Below, piece by piece: positions 1 through 13,749 of a stretch of DNA of 64,000 bases. The notes beneath the pieces are model-generated. The model had not been told where the DNA came from. It worked only from the letters and a program-made list of their open reading frames with translations, and searched no databases. Numbering within the stretch: the stretch's first letter is position 1; each line of letters begins with the position of its first letter. Position numbers and translations under genes: made by a program. Origin of the DNA: Octopus vulgaris (lineage: Eukaryota); NCBI GenBank assembly GCA_951406725.2, contig OX597818.1, positions 76,384,001 to 76,448,000 on the forward strand, in the 5' to 3' direction.

Positions 1-59
1 AAGGAAGGAATGATGATAGTGATGTGGTCCTCATGATAATTGAGGAACCCTACCGTCCA

Positions 60-1400
60 AGATATTGAACACCAAGGGTAAGTTCCCTCTCCAATTCCTC
101 TTTCCGGCTCACAGGTATACACTTAGAGCGGTAACATCCACTCTTACCATTTTCGTAACGTTCATCCACCTTTCAATTAATTCACTTAAGGACACTATAG
201 ACTCGGCCGATAGACGGGTCCGTCACACACGCGACAGCAGCTGTTCGACATAACTCCACAAGTTAGCAATGTCCACACACCGAACGAGTGTGTGCAGAAC
301 GATTTCGTCGCTCTACGCGCACCTCGGACAATCCCGTCCGACAGTACATCCGTGCCTGTAGAGGTTATCTCGAACTGGAAGCGCCCCTCGGAAATTATCT
401 GGAAATTATCCATGATAGTCCCCGACCGGAAAGTCCTCCGGAACAGACTAACTAGTTCGTCTTCATCGACGCTCAAAGTCTCTCCGAGAACGTCGTTGTA
501 TTTCTCTGCTACTAATCCACTATTTATTGCCGAAGTGGAACTTTTACCAATCCCATTACCCGACTGGTACTGGGCTGTGAGCACCTGACGACACTCCAGG
601 CACCAAATGTCATGGAGACGATCTGCGGAAAGATGTGCCTCACAGATGGAACCCACATATGTTCACCGTCTAGAAATCGTTGCAAGTAACACAACCTGAA
701 CGTATGTCTGCGCATCAGAATCCACGGCATGCATAAGCCGTCATGCATAGGATGCTGGCAGCAGACTGACAGCCTGACCATTGGAATGCGCTCTTTCCAT
801 CTTAAGAAAATGAATGAGACGCTCCAGCCTGATCTAGCTGTAGCCGGAGCAGGATACGACGGTCAGGCGATAAATGATGACAGAGGTGATATAGGCATTA
901 GCCACCTCCACCCGACCTTTCAGAGACAGCTTCCTCTCTGCCCATTTCTGGGTAAGACTGGCCACCTTGTTCCACCACATTCCAGTTCGTCACATCGACC
1001 GAGCCAGACCTCGAGTAGCTTGACAGGTCCATCAGTCCAGCTTCCAACGTTGCCGTCCGACGGTATCGAATTTCCTCTGCAGGTGTCCAGACGCGAGCCC
1101 ACCCACTTGTTGACGTTGATTTTGGCCCCTGCGACCGACTCGTATTCCTTTAAAATAGTGCCGACCGTCTCCACTTCGGAGGCCCCCGACACCACGACGG
1201 TATCGTCATCCACGTACGTCGACACAACTCTACCTTGTCCCAGTTCGAAAGGGATGCCCCTCAATTGTTCCAACTTCTGCAACTATTGGCTCGAGAGCCA
1301 GCACGTTAGAAGAGGCTACAATGGACAACCCTGACAGACCGATCTTGCTATGCGGAATGGTTCCGACAGATGGCCGTTTACTTTGACCACCGAACAGATG
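60..1400 (-). mobile_element. Decayed Tx1/L1-clade LINE, RT and C-terminal region
   Basis: Minus frames give STYVDDDTVVV...ILKEYESVAGAKINVNK (YADD-type RT motif) and RLSVCCQHPMHDGLCMPW. Same family as 41595-42375. Frameshifts and stops. Confidence 0.85.
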
Positions 1401-1604
1401 CCGAAGTATGAAATTTAAGTTCTCTCCACTTGCGAGAAACACATTTCTAAACAATGGATTTTCGGTTAGAGTTAGCTTTTTCCTTCTCACTAAGGGACAT
1501 AGCATCTGGTTTTACAATATCATTTTTGTACTTGAGAGTTTTACCTTTCAGGTCTCGCACCGAATGCACGGTCCTCTGGTTAACTGCCCTCAAAAAAGAT
1601 AAAG

Positions 1605-1870
1605 AGTTGTGTTTTTTATGTTGTTATTGTTGCCATTGTTGTTGTTTTCCACACAGTTTTTGTTGTTATAAGTATTATTATTGATAACTGCATCCTTGTT
1701 TTCGTTATTATTGTTGTTGACGTTGTTGCTGATGGTGTTGGTGCTATTGTTGCTTCTGCTGTTTCTGTTGCTATTGATGCTGTTGTTGAACACGTTGTCG
1801 TTACTGTTCCTGCTGTTATTGTTATTGTCGTTGTCATTGTCGATGCTACAACTTGTAACTTTGTAGGTGT
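1605..1870. repeat. Degenerate (TTG/TGT)n trinucleotide tract
   Basis: Direct inspection; explains the poly-N/T/L ORFs. Confidence 0.9.
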
Positions 1871-2109
1871 TGCTGTCGTCATAGCAACAAGAAATTCCAT
1901 TGCTTTATGTCGATAAATTTATTTTAACTCCAGCCATGACTATATTTGGAAACAAATCTGGGTCGACTGAATAGTGTTCACAGTCGATTTTTATTATTTT
2001 GTCGTATATTGACATTTCTTTTTTTACAAAATATACAAAATTTTTGTTTTCACACAAATATAAAATAGATATCACCGAGTTACACAGGCCCCGACAAAAG
2101 TGGGTGTAA

Positions 2110-2424
2110 ATGAAAAGAAATGCCACCGCCGCGATCCCGACAATGTCGACAAAATAGTTATTACAAAATAATTGACTGAATGGACTTTAACCAGCCGAAA
2201 CTTACCAATAGTAACTGGTGCACTTGGAAGTATCACCATGGCTGAAAAAGACTGGTGCAAGTGTGATGGTAGAACACCAAAAATCAACATTGCTTGGAAC
2301 TGCAAGAATGTTTTGCAGGGTTCTTGAAGTATGACCAGTAAATAAGTGTCACGTTAGTCTGCTGGCTGTGGACAGCTGACACTTTCTGTCATACCCAAGA
2401 AAATAAGCTGAGGTTTCATCACAT
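2110..2424 (+). mobile_element. Old 3' fragment of an R4/Dong-type LINE
   Basis: Encodes PIVTGALGSI...TLLGTAR, the RLE C-terminal motifs; followed by a (CAA)n tail. Confidence 0.65.
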
Positions 2425-2451
2425 AACAACAGCAGCAGTAGCAGCAGCAGC

Positions 2452-2544
<93 letters not shown>

Positions 2545-2561
2545 AATATAATAATAATAAT
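2425..2561. repeat. (CAG)/(CAA)n grading into (TAA)n microsatellite
   Basis: Direct inspection. Confidence 0.95.
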
Positions 2562-5041
2562 ACGTTCTACCAAAAACTGAAGACACGAAAAATCCAAAGA
2601 GCTACCGACCAATAGCATGTCACAACACTATCTACAATATCCTCACATCGATCCTAACTGAAAGAATATACACTTTTCTTGAACAGAACTCTATCCTTCC
2701 ACACGCTCAAAAAGGTTGTAAAAAGAATTCTTATGGGTGCAAAGGTCAATTACTCATAAATAAAATGATTGTAGAGAATTGCCAGAACAAAAGGAAGAAT
2801 CTGAGTAGGCACGGATAGATTACAGGAAAGAGTTTGATAGTGTCCCACATAACTGACTACTCAGGGTCCTTGAGATGTATAAGGTCTCTCCTATCGTCTC
2901 CAAATTCTTACAAGGTAGCATGGCCAAGTGGACTACACGTCTCCTTCTAAACTATAGTAATGGGATGAGCCAATCTAACATCATCAACATAAAACGAGGC
3001 ATCTTTCAAGGTGACTCCCACTCCCTTGGCAAAAACGTTAGCACGCCGGGCGAAATGCTTAGCGGTATTTCGTCTGCGTTACGTTGTGAGTTCAAATTCC
3101 GCCGAGGTCGACTTTGCCTTTCATCCTTTCGGGGTCGATAAATTAAGTAACAGTTACGCACTGGGGTCGATGTAATCGACTTAATACCTATGTCTGTCCT
3201 TGTTTGTCCCCTCTGTGTTTAGCCCCTTGTGGGTAATAAAGAAATACCTATTACTCTTTTGCATGGCATTGATCCCACTCTCAAAAGAACTGAGTAACAC
3301 CGGCCATGGATTCGAATAATATTATAGTAAACCATCTGTTTTATATGGACGATCTGAAGCTGTTTGCTAGAAATGACGAAGAACTAGTAAGGCTGTTAAT
3401 AACTGCTTAAAGAGTTCAGCAATGGCATCGGGTTGGATTTTGGCTTTGACAAGTGTGCTAAAGCAACTTTTGTAAGAGGTAAGCTCAGGCAAACAGCTTC
3501 CATTAAATTAGATGCCGACACTACCATCAGCTTGACCCACAAGAAAGCTATAAATAGCTGGTGATAAACGAAGAAGATGGTATACAACACGCTACTATGA
3601 AGGAAAAAAATAAGAAAGGGGTTTTACAGGAGAGTATAACTCATGCTAAAAACTGGAATCTGCTCTAAAAACCGCATCGAAGCGATTAACACCCTGGCAC
3701 TTCTTGTAGTCCAGTACAGTTTTAATATCATTAACTGGAATCTTACCGAGCTGCAACGCCCGGACAGGAAGACAAGAAAACTACTAACATCTAAGAACAT
3801 GCACCACCCAAAAGCAGACGTTGATCGTCTGTAGCTACATAAAAGTAATGGGCGAAGAGGAATGATGCATGTAGAACTCTGCTATAAGACTGTGCTATAG
3901 CAATGAACAAGTATTTATCGAGTACAGAGGACTGAATGCTGCGGCTTATGTGCAAACACGAAAGCAGCAAAACATCACATTCTATTGTCAAGGAAGCTTG
4001 CAAATTCGCAAGGGAACTCGGCATTAACCCTGAATTAGATGAAGAAACTGAAACCACTGCCACCAAACAAGCAAAATGGATCAAACAGACTGCAAAAAAG
4101 AACGGGCAGAAACACATCTAGGAGTGGTGTAGACAGAAGCCTGTGTATGGACAGTATATACTTCGAAGCCGAAATGCTGATGTTGAGCAAGCCACAATCC
4201 ATCAGTGGCTGAGAAGTTCAAAACTGGAAGCAGAGACTGACTGTTTCATATTAGCGGCACAAAAACAAAGCTTGCTTACCAAAAGCTACCAGGCTAACGT
4301 TCTTCAAAACGTGTCTGACCCAAAATGCAGATTCTGCAATATATTTGATGAAACAATAAACCATCTCGTCATGGGTTGTCCTGTGCTGACACAAAACGAA
4401 TACAAAAATCGCCACGATAGGGTAGGACAGTATTTACATTGGAAAATATGTAAACACTACAAAATCAGCACTCCTGTTTACTGGTTATCCTAAGCCAGTC
4501 GTTAAAGGTAAAAATGTCGCTATTCTCTGCGATTTTCTAGTCAACACTGAGAGAACGATCCAAGCTAATCGACCAGACATAGTAATTAAAGACAGAGTAG
4601 AAAATATTTGTAGACTAATAGATGAGTTCCCACTGATAAGAATATATCTGTAAAGGTATTTGACATATTAAGTAAATATAAGGACATGGAAATTGAAATA
4701 CAAAAGATGTAGCATCTTAAAGCGAGAACTATTCCTGTTATTTTGGGTGCCCTAGGTATGATCAGAAAGAGATGTCAGAAACATCTAGATAGTATCCCAG
4801 GAAAACCATGTCTCAGAGAAATCAAAAAGATTGTGCTGACAAGTACTGCCCACATCCTTAGAAAAACCCTATCAGTTTGAATGTGTGTTGTATTACATGA
4901 AGATATCCCGCTACTGCCCCTGCCACTAGCCCTCCCTTAGCATTCAGTCATACTGTATCATCTCTTATCCTTCATTCACCCTAGGACGCTGGGTGTGTCT
5001 CGGCGAATGATTATAACAAACATGCTGATTAAAAGTAAATC
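2562..5041 (+). mobile_element. 5'-truncated R4/Dong non-LTR retrotransposon (RT, CCHC, RLE), decayed
   Basis: IKRGIFQGDS, YMDDLKLFA, HHPKADVDRL, WLRSSKLEAET, CRFCNIFDETINHLVMGC..RHDRVGQYLHW, NRPDIV; (TAA)n on both sides. Confidence 0.92.
3027..3246 (+). mobile_element. tRNA-derived SINE inserted in the Dong RT
   Basis: B-box-like GAGTTCAAATTCC and central GTCGACTTTGCCTTTCATCCTTTCGGGGTCGATAAA; splits the QGDS-(S)PLLF motif; many copies in the window. Confidence 0.9.
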
Positions 5042-5095
<54 letters not shown>

Positions 5096-5270
5096 GAAGA
5101 AGAAGAAGAAGAAGAAGAAGAAGAAGAAGAAGAAGAAGAAGAAGAAGAAGACGAAGAAGAAGAAGAAGAAGAAGAAGAAGAAGAAGAAGAAGAAGAAGAA
5201 GAAGAAGAAGAAGAAGAAGAAGAAGAAGAAGAAGAAGAAGAAGAAGAAGAAGAAGAAGAAGAAGAAGAGA
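5042..5270. repeat. (TAA)n LINE tail followed by (GAA)n
   Basis: Direct inspection. Confidence 0.95.
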
Positions 5271-5465
5271 AAAAAACTAATATGTATGTTTAGTTTTGGC
5301 ATGAACCCCCAAAATAATTTACCGCGTGTTTTAGTAAATATATAGATAAATAATAAATAAACTCCTATTTACCTTCAGGATCCAAATTGCTGTTAGGGGA
5401 AGGATAAGGGTTTAGGTAAATGCTAGGGGAGGGATTACCCTAATTATACAATTTTAGATCGTATA

Positions 5466-5797
5466 TGTAGCAGTAATGCTCAGCAGTCAGATCACTACAC
5501 CTGATGTCGTGATTCGCAAGAATATTACCCACGTGATCAACAAAATCTGATCAATCACAACTTCGCGTAGAATAATTTCCAGCGACGATCTCATCTTTTG
5601 GCACGCTTCTTTCTGAGCCTAACCATCAGTAATAAATTCGGCACACCTTGACTACTTGACAGAGAGCTTGAAGAGAGCAATGACAGGCTCCGAAAAAGAT
5701 GGCCAGCAGAGACAGCAGACAGCGGCTGACAACACGAAGGCAATGAACAACCGGAGGGGGAAATTCACTAGTAGACAAGCAGCTCTTTCATGCTACA
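5466..5797 (+). mobile_element. Probable solo LTR
   Basis: Termini TGTAGCA...TGCTACA form a 7-bp perfect inverted repeat (TG..CA). Homologous to the minus-strand copy ending at 8180 that leads into gag. No TSD seen. Confidence 0.65.
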
Positions 5798-6226
5798 ACT
5801 ACACCAAGAACAATAATATTCAAAACTTTCTTGATGTTTTGTCGCTCATAATAACGAGAGTATTTGCTTCTGTTTACGGGAAGAATAAACATTTTGTTTA
5901 CCAAACATCCAAATAGATTTCCGTCTTCTCCGTACAGAAATCTATTACACCCAAGTAATTGCCCATAACTAAGCCAGGCCCTTCTTTCAACTGTTTCTCT
6001 GTGTCTGGAACCATCTTACATCACGCCTCAACTTTGCCAGTAAAAACAAATGGAAGAAATCCCTAGTCTAAGCTTTTCTTTGCCTACTGGCGTTAATGAA
6101 TGTTTCACATTAACCTAGTCCTTTCCTCCCTTTGCCCTCACCATCTGCATCATTATCATCCTCACCTCATCTCCTCTAGCCACGTAACAGCATCTAGTAA
6201 TGCCTATTCCTCTTTAGAACTCTACC

Positions 6227-6321
<95 letters not shown>

Positions 6322-7819
6322 TAAGCCTAGATATTTGTGTGTGTGCGCGCGTACGCGTGTGTATGTGTATGTGTATGTGTGTGCATGAGTAATATTACCG
6401 GTGAGGGACCCAATTTGATGAGAAATGAAAGCTCACTAAAATCGAGATAAATAGTTAGCTATATGCACTATAAAGGAAAACAAACCTACCTGGATTCGCC
6501 ACAGGAGAGAGTGAGAGAGAGTGTGTGTGTGTGCGAGAGAGAGAGAGAGAGAGATAGAGAGATGGAGGGAGAGAGAGAGAGGGGGAGAAAGAGAGAGGGA
6601 GAAAGAGGGAGAAAGAGAGAGAATGAGGGGAGAGGAAGAGAGAAAGAGAAAGAAAGAGAGGAAAGAGGTTTGCGTATGAAAGAGATAGACGTTTGTTTGT
6701 GTAAGATAAGAATTTTGCATGTTGCATGTATATGTATAGTGTGTATGCGTGACAGAATATGTTTATGTATGAGAGAAGATATGTATTATGAGAGACCTAG
6801 ATGTTGGTGCATGGAGTGTATGTATAGGATAATATATGTAAGTGTTTGAGACAGAAGTATACACATTTTCTCTGTTGGGTCCTAATGTAAATGTAAATAC
6901 AACTTTTTGATGGGAAAATCTTAACCGTTTATAGTCTACTTTCTTACATTTTACTTTCTGTGATTTGCTTTAGTCATAAACATGAGAGGAGCTTCAGTGT
7001 AATAAGTGATAAAATTAAACAGCGTTATAGAATATAGGAGTGGTCAGTCTGATGATAGTTAAGTGTCTGCGAAAATACGATCCTCGTGTCACACGAGAAG
7101 GGAATAAATGTTATAAGTTTATCCCGTAAATAGTTTATAAGTGTGTATGTATATATTTACAAGTATGCATATGGTGATTGCCACTTCTTTACAGAAGAGG
7201 ACCATCTCTTCAAATCGTCATCAGATCTCATGACTAATATGTCTGGATCTGGGCAAACAGATCCTAATGCTGATGTTACAAACATTTTTAGGCATAAAAG
7301 TGTCAGGCATTGAAGTCAAATCATCATTAAAGTACCCGCACAAGGAATTGTAAAGTTTACAAATGATACAAGAAGAGAGTTTGGTGGATGTTGAATCGAA
7401 ATGGTCACTAATATAGACTTTTGTCTTGGTGCCAGTTAAGACCACGTTACTGAAGAAGTAGGAATAAATGTAACATACGGAAGTGGAGCATTTAAAGGTT
7501 TTGAGCCGTGTATTGCAGAGGCAAAGGAGGGCTTCTATCAAACAGAAATCGCAAGGTTTTTGAAAGTATGTGGAGAATTTAGAAATGCAAGAACAAGAAG
7601 AAAGTAAGAGGAGAGGACAGTTTCGAAGGAAAGTTTGCTGGAGTGGAAAGGCGGATGAGTGAAAGGTTTTTAGAAAAGTATTCCGTTTTCAGGGTGTGCG
7701 TTTCAGGTTTACAATTCGTCAGGGAATTCTGGAATGCGAAGGTTAAGGTTTTAATTATACCATAAAATAAAAGCGATCTATAAGCAGAATAAATAGTGTG
7801 TCGGATAAAATGCTTTGCG

Positions 7820-8180
7820 ATAATTACTTCATGCGCCGGAGAAGTTGATAAAGTTTTCCGTCGCCCAATTCCTCCATGATAAGAAGCTGGTGCAACCGCT
7901 GATGCTGGGACTCTAAGAGGCATTTGAAAAACTCTCTCTTAAGGTTTTCATACGGAACGATGCCATCTCTGTTGACGAACTTCTCCAGTGTCTGTCAATG
8001 CTCTCTCTACTGCATCCCAAAGCTCTCTGTCTAGTAGTCAACGTGTGCCGAGTTTATACTGGTTGATAGGCTCAAAAGGAAGCGTGCCAAAAGAAGAGAT
8101 CGTCACTAGAGCCTTTTCATCACGTGGGCAATATTCTAGCGAATCGCGATATCGGGTAATTGCTGAATATACCCACTACA
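7820..8180 (-). mobile_element. LTR fragment joined to a Gypsy-type gag remnant
   Basis: Starts TGTAG and matches 5466-5720. Then PYENLKRE..ESQHQRLHQLLIMEELGDGKLYQLLRRMK, resembling the gag motif RLxQLLxxEELGDRKPSQLLRRM. Confidence 0.75.
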
Positions 8181-8894
8181 TATTCTTTTACATTCTGATG
8201 TAAAATCCCGAGGAGGCCAATTATGCATTCCATCTTTGTAGCCTCAATAAAATAAAGTGTCTGTCAAGGACTAGAGATTATCTTATCAACTTTACGTCTC
8301 TCTCTCTCTCTCTCTTCCTCCTCTCTCCCTCTCTCTCCCTCTCTCTCTTCCTCCTCTCTCCCTCTCTCTCCCTCTCTCTCTCTCTCAAATCCAAGGGTTT
8401 GTGTCTAAATAAGAATACGATATTGGAATTGGTCAAGTGTTGAGTTGTTGAGTTTCACAAAAATCTTAAGAACTATTTGAAAGGTTGACATAGTTATTAC
8501 GAGCGTTCTTATTGGTGGGTCTTGAAGTATTATTGGCAATGGACGAAAGGGGTGTGAAAAACGGTCACAGAAACCTGCGCAACCAAGGTTAACTAACCAA
8601 ATGACGTTTTCTTTATAGTAACTGTAAGCGTGTAAGTATCTGTACTTTTTGGTACTTTTTGCGTGTGTATGAGCGTGCATACATGTGTTAGTAGATGTAA
8701 CAGAACGTTTTAGAATTTGAAAATGTATTTATTATTTATACGAAGAAACAGATATGATCCAGTGAATAATGTTTAAAAGGTTTATAAATATCACAAAAAA
8801 GTGAGACTATAATGAGAAATTACGTTTATATTGAGCAAATAGACATTATGGAGTAGATACATGAAGCATATTATAGATATGGATTGGCGCATTT

Positions 8895-9530
8895 AATTTC
8901 TTTGACTCCATATGGAGCATAGGGCTCCAACAAAAGATTTCCATCTGTCTAGATCATTGGTAATGGGTCGCAGTTGTGCCTTGGTGTAACAGCTAGCCTC
9001 TACTTCTGGTTCAGTGAACCTTCAGCATGTTGTTTTTAGTCTGCAACATTTCTGTTTCCCTTGGAGTGCCCATTGGAGGGCTTGCCTTGTAATGTTGAAA
9101 ACAAGCTTCCATAGGTTGCGTTCCAGCCAACTCCATTTTCTTCTCTAGATCTGGGTTTCGATAGGTTGCTGGTTCTTCTGTTTCCCCATAAGTCTTTGTT
9201 TGTGGGTCTGTCTTGCCATCTCAACCAAAGGATGTTGCGGAAACATCTGTGCATAAAAGTTTGGAACTTGTCAATGGAGGACTTTGTGACTCAATATATT
9301 TCACACATGTACAGCAGAACCATCTTCAGGTTCGTGTTAAAGATTCCGAGTTTTGTATTTGTTGACAAAGTCAGTGATCTTCAGATAGGTCTGAACTTCC
9401 TGAAGGCAGCTGCAGCTCCCCACCTCGACTCTTGATTTTATGTCCTGATCTGTTCTGCTCTTCTTATTGGCTACTCTTCCCAGGTATGTGAAATGACTGA
9501 CATCTTCATTTCTCTCTCTTATGACTGAAG
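8895..9530 (-). mobile_element. RTE-clade LINE 3' fragment
   Basis: EDVSHFTYLG and RCFRNILWLRWQDRPTNKDLW motifs. Confidence 0.8.
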
Positions 9531-10929
9531 TTTGTATCGTTGGACGCATGCGCTCTCATGCTTTCCGCCTTTCCGATGCTGATCTTAAAGCTAGCTTTCA
9601 TGACTGCTACGCACATTTCTGTGACGTTTTCCTCTATGTCAATATGGCGTTGAGAGATCCAATCCTTGCAGTGTTTAGTTCTCTTCCTCCAAATTTCTTC
9701 ACTGTTATTTTTTCCATATTGTTTTCATTTCCAACCTTGTCTGCTCTACTGATGCATCTTCTTCAATAAGAATGCTGAGGGCCTGGAATCTGTTGGTGAC
9801 ATGAAATCTGGCTTTGGTTTAGTAGGGTAGTGCTGTACTTGTATCCTGATTTAATAGTCGTACTTTGACGTTGTAGTTCCAGCATACATGTGTGTGAGTG
9901 TGTGTGTGGGGGGGGGGTACGCATGCACGTACGTGCGTGCGTGTATGAGTGTGGCAGTGTGCGCGCGCGTGTGTGTTTGTGAGTGTGTGTGTAATGTGGT
10001 TTACACTTACGTTTTACGAAAGGTGCCAGCTGCTGGCAGTGCTGTTGTCACTTACCCTGTCAATAAATTGTCCACTGGCTTTGCGTCTTCGAAGATGTGA
10101 GAAAAACAGGCACCGGGTACCGACAGGAAAAGCATCTAACTATAAAAAAATATCTCGATGATATATTTACCTAAGCCATGCTAGCATAAAAACAAGCAGA
10201 CGTAAAAAGGGAACGAAGAAATTCTGAACTTTATGAAGTTTTGTTTTGTTTTTCTTTTTTCTGCAGACACTTGGTAACACCACGATGCCAAATTTTGTCC
10301 ATTTTCAAGAGAAGTCGCCACTAGTTACTTTTGAAGTCTTCTTTGAATCTTCAGATGTCAGTTTATTTGGAAAGACGCAATGCAGTTATAAATAAGAATT
10401 AAAATTAATGCATGCAAGGTTTCACAACTCTAGCGTCACTCCTTCATAGTCAACCTATTAACTTTTCAGCTCTCCCTCATATGACCATTTATTTAGGACG
10501 AGAAATTGCGACATAAAATTAAACAGAAGTGTCGGCAGAATCTGGCAGCTGTTGTTATTTAGCTCCAGACCAACTGAAAGTGTCCCAGCTGTGACGATCC
10601 AGTATTTTTCCTATGTGCAGCGAACTCAGAATAATATTATAAAATACAATGAGTGCTTTCTTAGGACGGTAGTGTAAGAATATCCCTATATCGGCAAAGT
10701 CTGTTTAATAATGTTCATAAGTCGAACAATTTTCCAGGCTATTAAACCCATCTTTATGTGACATGTATTTACAATGTTTATGTCAAGACTAGCGTGCGAC
10801 ACATCAACAATCCCGAGATGATTTAGTTCCGTCTCCTTTCCGTTCATTCTTAATTGTCCTCTTTCAAATTTTGCTCCATTTTCATTTTTCTCGGCTTGTC
10901 TGTTGCCTGTCTCGCTTTAAAATCTTTTC

Positions 10930-10991
10930 TCTCTTTCCATTTCTCTTTCTCTCTCTTTCTCTCTCACTCACTCACACACGCAATACCCCGC

Positions 10992-11077
<86 letters not shown>

Positions 11078-11142
11078 GTCTGTCTGTCTGTCCGTCCGTC
11101 TATCTCTATCTACCTGCTTGTCTGTCTATCTATCTGCCCCCC

Positions 11143-11174
<32 letters not shown>

Positions 11175-11190
11175 TTATCTATCTATCGAT
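10930..11190. repeat. (CT)n/(TATC)n compound microsatellite
   Basis: Direct inspection. Confidence 0.95.
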
Positions 11191-11396
11191 CGATCTCAAC
11201 TACCTTTATCATAATCATATCTTTCTATCTCAAACATCTATCTACACAGTCACTACTTTCTCTCAACACATTCCTATAGAATTACAAACAGAAAAGAAAA
11301 CAAAAGACAACAACATTATGAGTGACATTTGACGAAAAATGAATTTTAAACGAAAACAGATGAAGATATATTTTTATGTTAAAATATATGTACCAA

Positions 11397-11795
11397 AGGC
11401 GGTGACTGGCAGAAACGTTAGCACGCCGGGCGAAATGCTAAACTGTATTTCGTCTGCCGTTACGTTCTGAGTTCAAATTCCGCCGAGGTCGACTTTGCCT
11501 TTCATCCTTTCGGGGTCGATGAAATAAGTACCAGTTACGCACTGGGGTCGATATAATCAACTTAATCCGTTTGTCTGTCCTTGTTTATCCTCTCTGTGTT
11601 TATCCCCTTGTAGGTAGTAAAGAAATAGGTACTTCATCTGTCTTTATGTTCTGAGTTTAAATTCCGCCAAGGTCGACTTTGCCTTTCATCCTTTCGGGGT
11701 CGATAAATTAATTACCAGTTGTGTACTGGGGTCGATCTAATCGACTGGCCTCCTCCACAAAAATTTCGGGCTTTGTGCCTAGAGTAGAAGAGAAA
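11397..11795 (+). mobile_element. tRNA-derived SINE, full copy plus tandem partial copy
   Basis: Same family as 3027-3246; central domain repeated at about 11650-11740. Confidence 0.9.
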
Positions 11796-11811
11796 ATATA
11801 TGTACCATTGT

Positions 11812-12140
11812 GAGGGCGCGTGACTTTAGTGACTAGGGTATTCGGCTTACGATCGTATGGTCGTGAGATCGATTCCTGACAGTATGCTGTGTCTTTGTAC
11901 AAGACACTTTATTTCACGTTATTCCAGTCCACTCAGCTGGCACAAATGTGTAGTACCTATATTTCAAAAGGCCAGCCTTCTGACATGCTGTGTCATACTG
12001 AATCTCCCAGGGAACTATGTTATGGGTATGCGTGTCTATTGAGTGCTCAGCTACTTGTCCATTAATTTCATAAGCAGGCTGTTCCATTAATCGGATCAAC
12101 TGGATCCTTCGTCGTCGTAACCGACGAAGTGCCAGAAATA
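11812..12140 (+). mobile_element. tRNA-derived SINE, second family
   Basis: tRNA-like head followed by CAAGACACTTTATTTCAC...CCACTCAGCTGG; related copies at 17430-17655 (-) and near 63520-63740 (-). Confidence 0.75.
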
Positions 12141-12665
12141 TCTACCATTAAAAACAAACCAAAGTACATTCCTATTCCTTCCTGACATTTACCGACAATA
12201 TGACCTAGGGCACTCTGGTACCTAGTTTATGACCAATAAAATCTACCTCAGTATTATACCAGGACTGATGCTATTTCTGCATTATCAAGGGAAGGAAAAT
12301 AGAAGAAACCCTGCCGACCGCGGCAGGATTTGAACAAAATGATCCGGAACAAATACCGAATAAAAATTTTGCCCGACGCCCTAACATTACTGCCACAGAA
12401 AACAATCGGTATTTGTAGCACTTTAACTGCATGAGGAGCGCCAGATTTTTTCAACTGTGAACTTGTATTGTGTCACACTGATATCACGCCACTCTCACCT
12501 TGAGATTTTACGACGACACAAGCCTACTTCATTCACTTGTCAACGAATTGCATGGTTTTTATAGATATACACGTCGCAGGGATGTGTGTGAGTGTATGTG
12601 CGCACGCGCGAGCGTGTGTGCGTGTTTTTGTGTATGCATATATGTATACTTCGTTTTTGTATCTA

Positions 12666-13335
12666 TTGGGTTGGCAATTAAATTCCCGCCGTTTTTTAAA
12701 ATTAAAATATTTAAAAAGGTTTTATAAAAAACAACAACTAATTAATCAATAATGTATTCACCCTCGTTGTTTACAACTTCTTCCCAACAGGGCGGGCGTT
12801 TTCATGCAGCAGAAGAACTCCATGCGGATCTCATGCTCCATACTTCTGAACCTTTCCCATCGAGTGAAGATGCTTCTCTATAGTAGTGTGGGAGCATTCC
12901 CTTGTCGTTTGACGAGAATTTCCGTGCAAAAGTTGGTTTAATAGCTCTTCATCGAACTCAACTGGACGACCAGAACGATGTGCGTCTTTGAGGTCAAAAT
13001 TTCCGTTTTTGAATTTGGCATACCAATCACGAGCGGTTCTTTCAGCTATGGCACCCTCTCCATACACAGCACAAATGTCGCGAGCAGCATTTGCGGCCTG
13101 TGAACCTTGATTAAGAGCAAAAAGAGGGAGGTGTCGAAAAATGCTCGTTTTTCTTAACTTGACATTCCATTTTAATGATCTGAAAATAAACAAAAATTAA
13201 CTAAAATTAACTAGAAAAAAATAGATTCCAAAATGATTCAAAAATAGAATTCTCGAAAAACATAGATTCCAAAATTTAAAAACGCAATAAATTCCAAACT
13301 TAAAAAAAACGGCGGGAACTTAGTTGCCCACCCAA
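12666..13335 (-). mobile_element. Internally deleted mariner transposon
   Basis: TIRs TTGGGT(T/G)GGCAA(T/C)TAA(A/G)TTCCCGCCGTTTTTT at both ends, TA at the left; ORF has AARDICAVYGEGAIAERTARDWYAKFKNGNFDLKDAHRSGRP. Confidence 0.93.
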
Positions 13336-13458
13336 TTAGTTTGCAAGATTCTTTATGTGAATTCGTGTGCTGAAACAAATTTTCTTGTGTCTGGGGAAAG
13401 TCATAGTGCCTTGATATAACACACTCACCGGTTCAATTTCCACTCATTTATTTATTTA

Positions 13459-13505
13459 TTCCAGAAAGCTTTTTCGTCGCAGCATTTGTGACCGTATCAG
13501 TGGAT
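13459..13505 (-). ncRNA. Type I hammerhead-like motif, variant core
   Basis: UCCA CUGAUAC G GUCAC-AAAUGCU-GCGAC GAAA AAGCUU UC UGGA. Confidence 0.55.
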
Positions 13506-13749
13506 TTTGACTCGGTCCGTTATTGAAGCTGCGTTCCTTTTTGTTTTTGCAAAAGAAAAAACGAAAGCGTTATTTCTTTCGTGAGATTTTGATGCGAAAT
13601 TTTGTTGTGCGTGTGTGTGTATGTGCAGGCGCCATGTGTATGTATGTATGTATGTATGTATGTATGTATGTATGTATGTATGTATGTATGTATGTATGTA
13701 TGTATGTATGTACAAAAGGAACGCAGCTTCAACAATGGACAAAGTCAAA

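Noticed and set aside
7040-7090. CTGATGA..GAAA..TC on the plus strand
   Set aside because: Stems I and III do not pair.
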